From the NCBI RefSeq assembly GCF_964188315.1, contig NC_135667.1:17050001-17114000 (forward strand): a DNA stretch of 64,000 bases, in the 5' to 3' direction. Origin of the DNA: Podarcis muralis. Taxonomy: Eukaryota. Of this stretch, positions 38,490 to 50,101 are shown in pieces. The stretch's first letter is position 1. Every line of letters starts with the position of its first letter. Below the pieces are notes generated by a model. That model saw only the letters and a program-made list of their open reading frames with translations, did no database searches and had not been told where the DNA came from. The translations under genes and the position numbers were made by a program.

Positions 38490-39110
38490 GAGCAACGGTG
38501 TGTCTTCAGACGTACCTCTGTGGGGAGGGAACCCCACAACCTAGGAGCTGCCACAGATAATGGTCTCTCTCGAACCCCCACTCCTGAGCCCCTGAGTGTG
38601 GTGAAACTGCCAAGAGGGCTCCTTCTGCTGATCTTAACACCCAAGAGCATCTGTAGGAAAGGAGGCAGTTTTTCAGACATTTGGGGCCTAAGTCATTTAG
38701 GTATTTAAACCCACACTTCCATTTTCTCCTGTTGCTTTCCCAGGGAGCAAATGGCAATCAGGTTTTCCCCGAATTGCTGTTTGTTCCAGTTCATTGCTAA
38801 AGAGCAAGTTTTGCAGGGGAAGGAGGAAGGGCAAAGGCAAAACCACTTGGACCCGTGGTTTCTGAGCACAGGGCAAGAGGAAGTGTGGACAAGCCCTGAT
38901 TTGATTGGGCTAGAAATAAACTTGGCAACCAATACAGCTGTTTAAAAACAGGGGTTGTATGTGATCTATACAGAACATCAGCCAGTAACCTGTCTGCTGT
39001 GGGCTGGCCCTGTTTGCCTGGTTCCAGGTAGCAATCAAGCCACTGTATTTTTGTACCAATTGCAGCTTCTGAACATTCTTCAAAGGCAGCCCCACACATC
39101 ATGCATTCCC
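38490..39110 (-). mobile_element. Decayed L2 LINE fragments
   Basis: Minus translations LPLKNVQKLQLVQ and RERPLSVAAPRLWGSLPTEVRL match L2 ORF2 C-terminal motifs. Confidence 0.6.
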
Positions 39111-39924
39111 ATAATTTGGGGTGTGAAAACCTCTCCAGTCATAGTGTGTAGGACTCCTCCCGATCATCTGTTTATAGGGCATTCATCTTTATTTGCTTGC
39201 AAGCATTTAGACATCATCTTATAAGCCATTCATTCATGACACACTTGTCAGTGCATTTCCCTGTCACCTTAATAGCTACAGAAAGTGTTCATTTTAAAGT
39301 GGATTTGTTGCTTTACGGCGACAGAGCCCTTTAATCCACTTTAATTGCACACACCGAAATTCCCCGGTATAGCAAAATACTGACTCTATCGGCTCGCTGG
39401 TGTATTGGCACGAGGACATCATGCTTGAGCACAAAAAGTAGTTTTAGCCTGGACAGCTGAATGCTCCCTGGGCTTCTGATGGAAGCTTTGTGAGTCGGGA
39501 TGGTTTAAAAGCTCATTGCGTGAAACAAGGATGTGCGAACTTAAGTTCCTTAGTCAAGCTGCTTATGTACATGTGTTGATTGGAAACCAACCTCAAACCT
39601 CCTTACTGTGTACATATCAGCAGTTCTGGGGAAGAGTTCAGTACCAGCAAATGCAAAGCAGAAGCCACAGCTAGAAACTTGTATTGTCACTTGCTGCTTG
39701 TCGGTAGTGCCAGGAATGTGCCCAGGGAGGGTGGGGACTGGTGGCAACAAGCAACACACCCACCTGGGAAAACATGTTAGCTTGCCTCTCAGCTCCGCTC
39801 AGCCTCTGCTGACACCAAAAAGCACAGAGGAAAATGAAAGCTTGTCTTAAGAAAGAAAATAGCGTAAGCTCCCTGAGCTGTGCCAGACACATCTATTTAT
39901 TGCCCAAAGCATCCAATTCCTGCC

Positions 39925-40089
39925 CATAGCTGTCAACTTTCAGATTTGAAAATAAGGGATCAGCAGCCTCACCTGTCCCGGGGACAGTCTACGGGATATC
40001 TAACAATCTGGGATAGCAGCGGGAAGCAGCGGGAAATGGCACTGGAATAAGGGAATTTCCCGCAAAAAAAGGGAAGGTTGACAGCTATG
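39925..40089. mobile_element. hAT MITE (165 bp)
   Basis: TIR CATAGCTGTCAAC / GTTGACAGCTATG with a perfect 8-bp TSD TTCCTGCC at 39917-39924 and 40090-40097. Confidence 0.85.
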
Positions 40090-40347
40090 TTCCTGCCTTG
40101 TCTCTCACAGCATCAGAAATAGGGGAAAATCTCATTCATTTCGCTAGCTTTTCCTAAATCTTTCTCCATACTCAATATTGGAGAAGAGATTGAAGTCCTG
40201 CATTAAAATGGTTACACATTCTTGCAGATGACTGACGTCACTTGTGCTTCTTTGTGTGGCATATTATTGAGGGTTTTTTGGGGGTGGGGGTGGGAAGATG
40301 GAATTCTAGTTTTTGTTTTGCCATGGACTGGGGAAGAAGTTTGGGAG

Positions 40348-41911
40348 AGTTGGTAGTTTCCATGAATGGTCCTGGAATAGTCTGGGAGGTACTTGGAGAT
40401 CTCCGTCTCTATAGCTCCAGCACCAGCAACAACAGAGTCATTATTGATTGCTCTCCTACCAGTCATGATGGCATTGTGGAGAGGACGCACCATCTCCGCC
40501 ATGAACTGCTCCATCCTCCACGCAGGATTATCATGCAGGTCTTAGCCTTTGGGCAGTCTGTGAAGAAGTTGTACCTGTCTCCTCAAAGAGGTTGCAACGC
40601 CCAAGGAAATAATCGGTCAGGGAATTTACACTGGTCTGGATAGATCCACCACAGGCCCTCATGGTCCTCTTGAGATCTTCTTCAGGCACTTGGCCAGCAC
40701 AGAACATGTCCCGGTCAGCAAAGTACTGGGTAGCCACGCCACCAGTCGGAAGCTTGGAGAGGATGACTTTGGCCCCTGACTTGTGGAGCTTATCAAGCTC
40801 ATCGTACAAGATGCTTCACTTGGCGTCCACGATGGCCTGGTAATCCTGCACAGTGTGGACTCTGACTTCAGCATTGTCCTTCTCCGCCTTGAGCTCCAGC
40901 TCAATGTTGAGCAGAGCGATCTTGGGGGACTCATACCTCTTGGGCTCATACTTCTCAAAGCCCAGCATAAGAGAAGGTCTTCTTGAAGGCAACTCCTGCC
41001 TCCAGTTGGGAATCCACCAAGGGCTCCTTCCTGCACCTTCTTGATCCCAATCACTTTGATCTGCAGCAGCTCGTCCAGCATCATGATGGCATCTGTCACC
41101 ATCTTGGCAAAGAACTCTTTCTGGTGGGAAATCGGCTTTGAGCTCAAGGCTGTGCTTGCACACTTCTTCAGCAGGCTCCACAGTGCCTCTTGGTCGGTCT
41201 TCTTGATCTTAACGGCAATCTTCTTGATCTTATTTGCTGCCAGCAGGGTTGCAGTGTGGAAGGCAGCGATGATGATCTGGGGGTGCAGCCCTTCTTCCAC
41301 ATAGGGCTTGATTTGCTTTCAGAATTCAGCAGCTAGAAGTGTAACTGAAGTGGTGCCATCGCCAACCTCGGCATCCCATGATTTGGCAGTGTCCACAAGT
41401 GTCTATGCAGCAGGGTGTACCACATCGAGAAACTTCAGGATGGTGGCGCCATCATTAGAAATGGTTTTAACCTTTAAAGCCCTATACGGCCTAGGACCCT
41501 CGTACCTATGGGACCACCTCTCCTGGTATGTCCCACGGAGGACCTTAACAGTCTTCAAACAAAAACATCTTGGAGGTCCCGGGCCACAGGGAGGTTAGAC
41601 TGACCTCAACCAGAGCCAGGGCTTTTTTGGCTGTGGCTCCAATCTGGTGGAACGCTCTGTCACAAGAGACTAGGGCCCTGCGGGACTTGACATCTTTCCG
41701 CAGGGCCTGCAAGACAGAGCTGTTCCACCAGGCCTTTGGCCAAGGCACAGTCTGACTCCCCTCCTTTGGCAATCCTCACAGAACTCTAGCCCAATGGTTG
41801 CCATTAATTTGAAATGATTTTATAATGAAATGATTTTAGAATGTTGTATTATTTTACTGTTGTTAGCCGCTCTGAGCCCAGCTTCAGCTGGGGAGGGCGG
41901 GATATAAATAA

Positions 41912-41965
<54 letters not shown>

Positions 41966-42165
41966 GCTTTGCCTCTGTCATCATCAATGAGCTTGTCCAT
42001 GCCCCGAGGTCCGAGAGGTCTGGCCGGCCTCTGCAATGACTTGGCAGGCATTGATGTTACTCACAAGCTGAGGGATCCGCTGGGAAGTGTCTGTGCCTTC
42101 CTTCAGCAGGATAACAGGCATAGGCAACATCTTTGCGGCAGCCAGGTTGCTAACGGCCCCTCCCC
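40348..42165 (-). pseudogene. CCT7: CCT7 (TCP-1 eta) processed pseudogene
   Basis: ATG at 42130: [35 protein letters not shown], then [74 protein letters not shown]...[23 protein letters not shown]. No introns. Frameshifts and stops (TAG 41403-41405, TGA 41319-41321). Homology ends near 40350. Confidence 0.93.
41467..41965 (+). mobile_element. L2 LINE 3' fragment with (ATT)n tail inserted in the CCT7 retrocopy
   Basis: LTFKALYGLGPSYL ... EVPGHREVRLTSTRARAFLAVAPIWWNALSQETRALRDLTSFRRACKTELFHQAF, then TGTTAGCCGCTCTGAG...GGGCGGGATATAAAT(ATT)n. It splits CCT7 between GKA and TISND. Confidence 0.88.
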
Positions 42166-42464
42166 CATTTCTTCTTCTTTTGGGATCTTGTTGCTATAAT
42201 CAAGAAAGACTAGAAGCGCAATATACAAATTAAGGTTTTCAGGCGTCTGCAAGCAGGGCTGTAGCAAATAGTGTGCTTTAGCGCAACTGTGGGCCAGATA
42301 AAATCCTAGATAAAATCCCCATTTCTTCTTCTTTTGGGATCTTGTTGCTATAATCAAGAAAGACTAGAAGCGCAATATACAAATTAAGGTTTTCAGGCGT
42401 CTGCAAGCAGGGCTGTAGCAAATAGTGTGCTTTAGCGCAACTGTGGGCCAGATAAAATCCTAGA
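42163..42464. repeat. Perfect 148-bp tandem duplication (period 154)
   Basis: 42163-42310 and 42317-42464 are identical base for base as read, with spacer TAAAAT. Confidence 0.92.
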
Positions 42465-42524
42465 CACTCTACACATACCTTGCTCATTCAATGAAAACAC
42501 AACACACTACTAGTAACAGTAAAG

Positions 42525-42530
42525 TTTACT
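42525..42530 (-). terminator. GDPD3 candidate variant polyadenylation signal (AGTAAA)
   Basis: TTTACT on plus, 107 nt after the stop. It is followed on minus by a GU-rich tract GTGTGTGTTGTGTTTT. Confidence 0.4.
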
Positions 42531-42636
42531 TGTTTCTTATTTTACCCCCACCCCCAACAAAATGTCTTGTCTTCTCTTCTGACCTCACACACCTCTCCCC
42601 CTTTTCCAGTCAGGAGCTATTCTCCCACATTGCGGA

Positions 42637-45600
42637 TCATTCACTGCAAAGGGGTGGGTGAGCGTCTAGATACTTCCGGAGGAGGGTGGGATAATCGGTC
42701 ATGACTCCGGAGACTCCATAGCTAAAGGCTTCCTCAAAATACTTATCCTCATTCAAGACCCAAAGAAGAACCTATACGGAAACAAAGAAGAAGAGATGAC
42801 GGGTTTGAGTGTGGAGCCCTTAGTTGTTCCAGCTGATCACTTATTCATGCAGCTATTAATTCAGTCAACATTTTCCCTGCAAGCAGGATGTTGGTGGTGG
42901 AGGAAAAGGCACAATAACTGCTTTGCAGTCAGCAAGATGCTCTTTCTGGGAAGAAGAAGAAAACTTCCTGGTAAGGAAAAATCATAAGGATGACTTTACT
43001 GATTGGAAAACACAAGATGGTTGCACTAATGCCACAGGCATCTGAGAACCAATATAGAGCGGGTTGTGTGAGCTCTGAGGGAGGAAGTTCCTGCTTGAGA
43101 TTTCGTCTCAGTTATGAACTTGTTAAAGCGCCATTCCGTCGCATGCCATAAGCACCACTAAGCTTTCAAGTACGCATGACACAAATCTGGCAACATGTGT
43201 CTCAAATATGCTACTGTTTCTACATCTCAGCTCCCTACCTGAAATGTGGGAGTAATGAGCTACTTTCACAAGGCTGTAGTTGCAACTACAGGGGAGGAGG
43301 AGAGCTGAATTAATCTGTTGCAGTAAAGCAAAACACACATACACCCATCCACCCACACCCCCCCCCCACACACAGAGGCTGCATATTTGCACTATGCATG
43401 CATTTAAAAGACATGACTTCCCTAAAAGAATCCTGGGAAGGAACTGTAGTTTATCCCCATAGAGCTATTAATGTCCTAACCAACTACAGTTCCCAGGATT
43501 CTTTGGGAGGGCGTAATGTGATTTAACTAGATGGCATGCAATGCAGCCAAAGTCAGGTCTTTAAAATACCATAGCATGCTTAGGAGGAGGATATAATCCA
43601 TTTTTTAAAAACCTGATTTAGACACCCCTTGCTGCCTAGGAAAGGGACACAACCATTTATAAGCACACTCTCAAATCCTAAAACAGTGAAAGCCATGATA
43701 CTTGCTGAGGTAGGTGAAAGCGCTGGGCACACCTCTCTCAGCTATCTACCACCCAGGGTTGTTGCACATATAAACATGAACTATGCAGCTCTTTTTCCTG
43801 AACACACAAGAATACTCTATTAATATGACTCTGTGCCTCTTGGGTGAAGTGTCAGCACTATATGTAAATATAGCTAATAGTGATATTAAGAAGTCAAATA
43901 TCCCTCTTCCCCTTGCCACCTATTGCAAAATACTTAAATACCAGGCTAAAGCCTTCTAGCTCAGCCTTCAGCAGTTTCTGCTAAGGAGGTACTGTAATTC
44001 CTGATTCCTCCAAGTTAATTTACCTGTATTCCTCTGTCTTCCAGATGCTTGAAAAGCTTTCTCCGCATGGTCATCCTATAAAAGAAAGGAAAATATGATG
44101 GGGTATATCAGGGCAGTTCAAGTGGTAAAATTTGGGGGAGGGAGAGAGAACAAGAGAAACTTCCCCTTTGCCTTTTGTGATGGCCCCCTTAACAAAACCA
44201 TGACCCACTATGACCTAAAAAAAGAAAAAGAAAAAAGAACAGCAGCTAAAAGTGGAGAGGGGGGAAATCAGTTGGGTAGGTCATGTGGACCTCCCTATCC
44301 TGATAGTTTTGAGCATCAGTCAGTTCTCTAGATGAGAGATACAGAAGAGGGAAGCAGCAGGTGATGAAATGGGTCAGGTTTGGTGGTGAGCAGGCTTCTT
44401 AAGAACTGAGCAGGTAAAGTATTGCTTGCTTTCACTCACTTGTGGGCAAATTTAGCCACCAGTGCTCCAAACCAGCCCTTTTTTACTGGAAAATATGTCC
44501 TGCAATTAAAGGAAAACAAAAAGGCAGCAGAGTTAACAGATCACTGAGAAGTCCTCATTTCCTGCCATTCCTCTTCTAAGCTATCAGCTCCAACACAGTT
44601 TCATAAAACCCAAGTCACTCACTCACTCACACCCACACCTTTTCTCAATCAGCACGACATTTAAATTAACTTAACTCACTTGTTATACTTCTTATAACAT
44701 ATAAATATGACATGGGGAAGGCCTAAGGGTACCCGGAAAAGCCTGTCGTGTCCAGCTGAACTTGAGTCTCACTCTCAGTTGCTTGGTAAAACTGTGCAAC
44801 CTCAGTCTGCAAGCTGGGGCTCAAATGACTGAATGCTCCTCCAGTCCAAAATAAAACTTGGAATACTAAGGAAATGGCTAGGCTACAAACTTTCCCCCAA
44901 TATATTAAGTTTCTTTCTATTTGTTAAAAAAGACTAGGTTTTTATTAATAGGTTATCCATTATATACAAAATTACAAGTAAATTATAGGATACAGAAAGC
45001 AGGAGGGATCTGGACAGCCCAGCTTGCAAGCCATTGTGGAAGAATTATACATCACACTTAGTTTTCACTTCCCTTTCCTTCATCCTAATAATACTGTTAT
45101 ATTTAACTGTGCAACCAAAAAACAGTTATAGAGGAATAAAAAATGTTTTGATAAGAGGAGAAGTCTCATGTCTATTCTAGCTTGGGCATAGTATTATTAC
45201 TCAGTGAAAGAGGCAAATAGCAGTTAGGTTTCAAGAAGTACCGGTAATATTCTCTCTTTTTTGTACCTCTGGCCACCAAAAGTTGTTTGCTTAATTTGTG
45301 CGTAATTGCAGGTTCTCAGGACATATTAAGGCCATATGAAACAGATGGGACTTTGGCAAACCTCCAGTGCAGAGCAAAATCTAGCTTGGCAGTGGCAGGA
45401 ATACTTTGCCGGGGTCTTTTTAAGTTTAAGAAGGGGCATGCTAGGCTTTCGTTGTTGTTGTTGTTGTTCAGATTCTGTTGTTTTATGAAGAAGCATCCCA
45501 TCATGCAAGCTCGGCTGCTTAATTAAGTGCTGAGTTTTTTTAGAATCATGTCACTTCATCACTCATGTGGCTCCTAACAAGCTGTTGGTACAATGTTTTT

Positions 45601-48600
45601 AACTGGTCCTCAGTACCTCACCCCCCGCGTGAACTCACTTGGACCTGACTTTTCTTCCAGAGGTACCTCATTCCCTGTGTTTGGTTGGACCTTACTTCCC
45701 TTCCAGAGTCAGTAATAATCATTTCCTTTCCCACCCTTTCTGGTCCCAGATTTAGAGAGAGAAGTTATGAATGTGCATGACCACCAACATCCAAAAAACC
45801 AATGGATATCAGTGCCTGCATATCAGTTACTGAGAGTCCAGTGGATAATCCGGCTCTGTCAGATAGTCTAAATCACACCAGTTGAGTCCTAACTGGATCA
45901 GACCGAAGGTCCACTTAGTTCAGCATCTTGTTTCCCAAGAGGATCAGCAAAATTCCCACAAGCAGGACATGAAGGCAACAGTGACTGGTACTCAGAGATA
46001 TTCTGCCTTCCAACAGGGACATTCCATTTAGCCATCATTCCCTCTGTTCTTGATGTTAAGGTGTGAGTGCCGGTGCCTATGCGGCCAACATAGCAACACA
46101 CACAAACACAAACACAAACACACGGAAGTATCAATGGGCTTGTGGAGCCCTGAGATTTGCAGATGGACAAAACGTCTTGGAAAAAGACTTCCAGTTGCTG
46201 ATCCTTACACCAGGAAAACTGCCCCTCTGAACCTTTACATTTCTTTTCACACAAACACACACGTACACCTCCCCCAGCTTCTGTCACCTGTTCATAATGG
46301 AGGGCAATGGAAACTCAAGGAAGGTTTCTTTCAGTGGCACAAACGGCAGGATCCCTACGTAGTACAGGAGAAGGATCGTGATGCCACGTTTAATGGAGAA
46401 GATGTAGGGCATCTCTGTGTTCTGGGGGATGGGTAAAGAGGAGAAAATGAGGTGAGGGTTTTGTGGTTTCTAGGCTTGATAGCCAGGAAGAAATACGGAA
46501 CATGTTGTCATCACCCCCACTGATTCCTTCAGCTCATCTGGGACATATCTGTGGGTATCATACATCTGCACTGCACACTTGAACTGGTTTGGACATTTAT
46601 CTTCCCCCAAGCAAGCCTATGAGTCGTAGGGTTGTCAGAATTCCCTGTGGGAGCTCCTGATACCTTGCACAGATGTACATCCCCCAAGGTCATTGACAGA
46701 GGAACCTGGCAGCTTAACAAGTTGGAACAGCGTAGGCAAAGAAGCAAACAGAGAAAGCAGGAAGCTGTCTCCTAGCCATGCCCTGATTGATTTATTATGG
46801 CATGTACTTTTGACCCATGCCTCGTTTTTTATTTATTTAATTTTTTTGCTATATGAAAGAGTCTTGTATAGTCTGAAAACCTGCATTCTGTTCTACAGTC
46901 AGAAACCTGGACCAATCAAAGGCATTGCCTCATTTAACGGTGCCAGCATATCAGTTACCGAGAGCCCAATAGCTGTGAAGGTGGATGAAAAACTGTCAAT
47001 AACATACAGCTGCACAGCATTTCTTCAGTACTTTCCCTTCAAAGGCGGCCCAGATGGTGATGTGGGAGCGATCGTATTCTCGGACAAGATCTGCTACCTG
47101 TGCGCAAGAGGAAGAAGGCAGAGCAACGTGGATTCAGTTAACAGGTTTTTCTCAAAAGCACTGACTTTCTGTAGTTGCCTAAGTCCTGGAAACTGAATGG
47201 AAGATCGTTGTGGGAAGGCACAGATGGTCTCTCTAGTTGCCAATCATTGGTTGTGAGCTAAGTGTCTGGACCAGGGCAGTCTATTCCACACAGTCCAGCC
47301 CTTCAGAGGTTTGAATTAATTTCAACTTGGTAGTTGACTACAAAGATCAGCTTCCTTACAAATGTGGCTGAGTTATATGACTGGGAGGGAAATCCCAGGG
47401 AGGGTAGTATCCATGTTAGAGCAAAAACAAAAAATGAGTGTTGCATAGCACCTTAATTGCAAGCAATTTATTGTAGTGTTGAGTTTTTGTAGACTAGAGC
47501 CCACTTCATCCAAGGATGCGTCTGATGAAGCTTAGTGCCTAGTCCCCAGAGGTTTGTGCTACAATAAATTTATATTTGTCCTTAAGATGCAACGAGACTC
47601 CTTTTTATGAGTGGGAGAGTGAAAATGTGGAGATAGGAGAGCAGCACTGATGTTGCCTAGGTTAGTATAACCCACTATAAGGTGTGATGAGCTGTGTGTC
47701 CCTGATTAGGAGTAGGGTGAGCTCTGAATATTGAAAGGGGAGATTAGCAAAAATCTGGATCGTGACCTAGAATGAAGATGTTGGAAAGTAAAGAAGCGAT
47801 AGTAGCTTGTTGCCCCCATACCTTTCGTATGAGTTCGTCGCTATCCTCTTTGATTTCTAGATTGACCGGTACTCCAGGGAATTTCTGGAAAACCTCCTCC
47901 AAGCGTGGAATCCGGTGGTCTTTGCCATGGGAGTAACGTCCTGTCGGAAAGGGTGGCTTATGCAGCAGGTGGAGCATACTTTGCTGGTGCACAACCCCAC
48001 CACACGTGAGCACCCCAAACACAGCACCCCTCAAACCAAAGCAGCTCTACTCCTCCTACTCACCTGGGGAAAAGGTCACCTCCAGAGAATCCTTATAGGG
48101 TGGCAGATCCTATGGGACACAATTAGGGTAAGGACTAAGGAGCCAGGAGGACACCTGGGTTTTCTTGGGAAGATGTGGGATTGGGGGGCTTAGAACATAG
48201 CTTGGGGTAAGGACCCCTGGGTTCTTTGGGATGGGGGCAGGTCCTGGGTTTAGAGCCATTGTCCTCCAGCAAATGGCTTCTAGGCACATGATTCAGTCAC
48301 CTGCAGGGGAATTGTAAAAGGGTAAAAGAGTATTGGGAAATGACCCATAATGAATTGCGGGGGTGGGGGGTGGGATGTTTAAAAGTACTTTCCTCAAAAA
48401 ACCGGAATCTTTTCTGTTGGGGGTAATTCAGACTGAAATTCCCAGGTGTCAGAAAAGGTTATTTATGTATGCCACTACTGCAGCCTCTGTTTTGTTAGCC
48501 AAAAAAAAGGGAAAACGAGTGAGGTCCCAACCAAAGAAGAATGACAACTTAAGTTGACGGAATATGCTCAGCTTGCAGACTTAACTTATAGAGTAAGAGA

Positions 48601-50101
48601 ACAAGAAGATTGGAAAACATTTATTGAATATATGGGAAATAACTGTGTACAGCTGAAAGCGCTGGCAGCATTAAGATAACTTCAATAAGTTTTGATGGAT
48701 GTAATAATGAAATACTGAATGGTTTAGTTTTTGTAAAATATGGTTGATGATATGTAAAATGAACCATGGAAAGAGAAGAAGGGAAGTCATTGATATCTTA
48801 AGGATGTATGAAGGAAGACTTTAAATTGTAAAACAGAAAATGTAATTAAAAAATTATATATATATATAAATTATTCAGCCACCTTGCCAAAGCTAAGCAG
48901 CTGAGGGTCTGGTCAGTGGCTGGAGGGGAGACCACCTGGGAACTCCACATTCACTACCTCATCGTCCTTCCTTCCTTCATTTAGAATTATGTACAAACTG
49001 CGTAATCAAAGAGCTCTCTGTGGGCCACATAATAAAATTGTAGATAAACCATAGCTAAAATCCACGATATTAATAAGCAAATACACATAAAATAATTATA
49101 AAAACACAGATACGATCAGATTTTTTTAAAAAATGAATATGGGTTAGGTTAAGTTCTCTGGATGGATAGGCTTGATGAAATAAAGTTTTCAGTGGGCATC
49201 CAAAACAATATAGTATGGGCCCCTTCTAGTTCTCAAGAGGCAGGGAGTTCCAAAGACAGGTGCTGCCTTGTGTTCTAGCGCAGACAGAAAGAGGGACGCA
49301 ACTCTAATAAATATCACAAATAGTAATGAATAGGGGCAGGGTACGTTGCAAACCTTATAGTCCGTCTCGCTGATCTTGATGTTATGCCCTGTTTGGCGTT
49401 CCAGGTTGTCATCATGGGACACAACCACAACCCCATCTCTTGTCATGTGGCAGTCAATCTCCAAGAGGTTTGTCCTCTGGGTCAGTGCGCTGGAAGGGCG
49501 GAGAGAAAGATCAGCATGGGAGGCTGGATGGCTGTAGCAGCAACATCAGTGCAAGGCAGGATGGGGTGTAAGGGGGGGGGGGCAACACTCACTGGCTAAA
49601 GGCTCCTAAAGTGTTCTCAATCTCTTCTCCAGCACCTGAGAAGAAAACGGAGATGTTGACAGAAGGCAGGCACTCAGCTTCCTAAGGGCTGGCATGGCAT
49701 TACCCCATTCCCATTCCAGGGACACCAAGTGTCTGTTCTTTTTGTGATCTAGGAATGCAGCATTGCAGGTCTAGAGAACTGGAGCAGAAACAAAGACATC
49801 TGCACCTGTCAGAACTGGGAGAGTGGGAGGGCTAGCTGCTAGGAATTACGGCTTCGCTCTCTCAGCCCTGGCTTGCTGCAGCACGCCACCCCTCCCCTCC
49901 CAGACCTCTGTCATTGCCCCCCCCCCCCCCCGCCAAGCGAACATCCTTGCAGAACTCACCGCCCCGGTGGGAGACGTGCCGGCATCGAACAGGAAACCTG
50001 TGTGGCTTGTGGAGCAGATGTGGCTTCTTTCTCAGGCAGTGGGATGTCAGGGCATAGATCCCAAGGGCAGGCAGCCCAAAGAGGAGTAGCTGGAATCCCA
50101 T
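42637..50101 (-). CDS. GDPD3: Lysophospholipase D GDPD3 (GDE7), 318 aa
   Basis: Exons (minus) 50101-49960, 49635-49593, 49489-49354, 48109-48064, 47940-47822, 47097-47008, 46421-46288, 44499-44440, 44075-44024, 42771-42637 (957 nt, phases consistent). N-terminal TM helix, GDPD motifs SHRGGAGEEIENT, LLEIDCHMTRDGVVVVSHD, NLEIK, RTYFP, GVMTDYPTLLRKYLD. Synteny with YPEL3 and TBX6 favours GDPD3 over GDPD1. Confidence 0.95.
48308..48870 (+). mobile_element. L1-clade LINE 3' fragment, antisense in GDPD3 intron 3
   Basis: CKRVKEYWE...KKPESFLLGVIQTEIPRCQKRLFMYATTAA...EYAQLADLTYRV...DWKTFIEYMG...LKALAALR*, followed by an AT-rich 3' UTR. Confidence 0.75.

Noticed and set aside
40212-41300. CCT7-like ORFs of 92-213 aa as a functional chaperonin gene
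   Set aside because: Homology hops between frames, with in-frame stops and an L2 insertion upstream, so it is a pseudogene.
46693-47196. 167-aa plus-strand ORF
   Set aside because: It is the antisense shadow of GDPD3 exon 6 and flanking intron, with no independent support.
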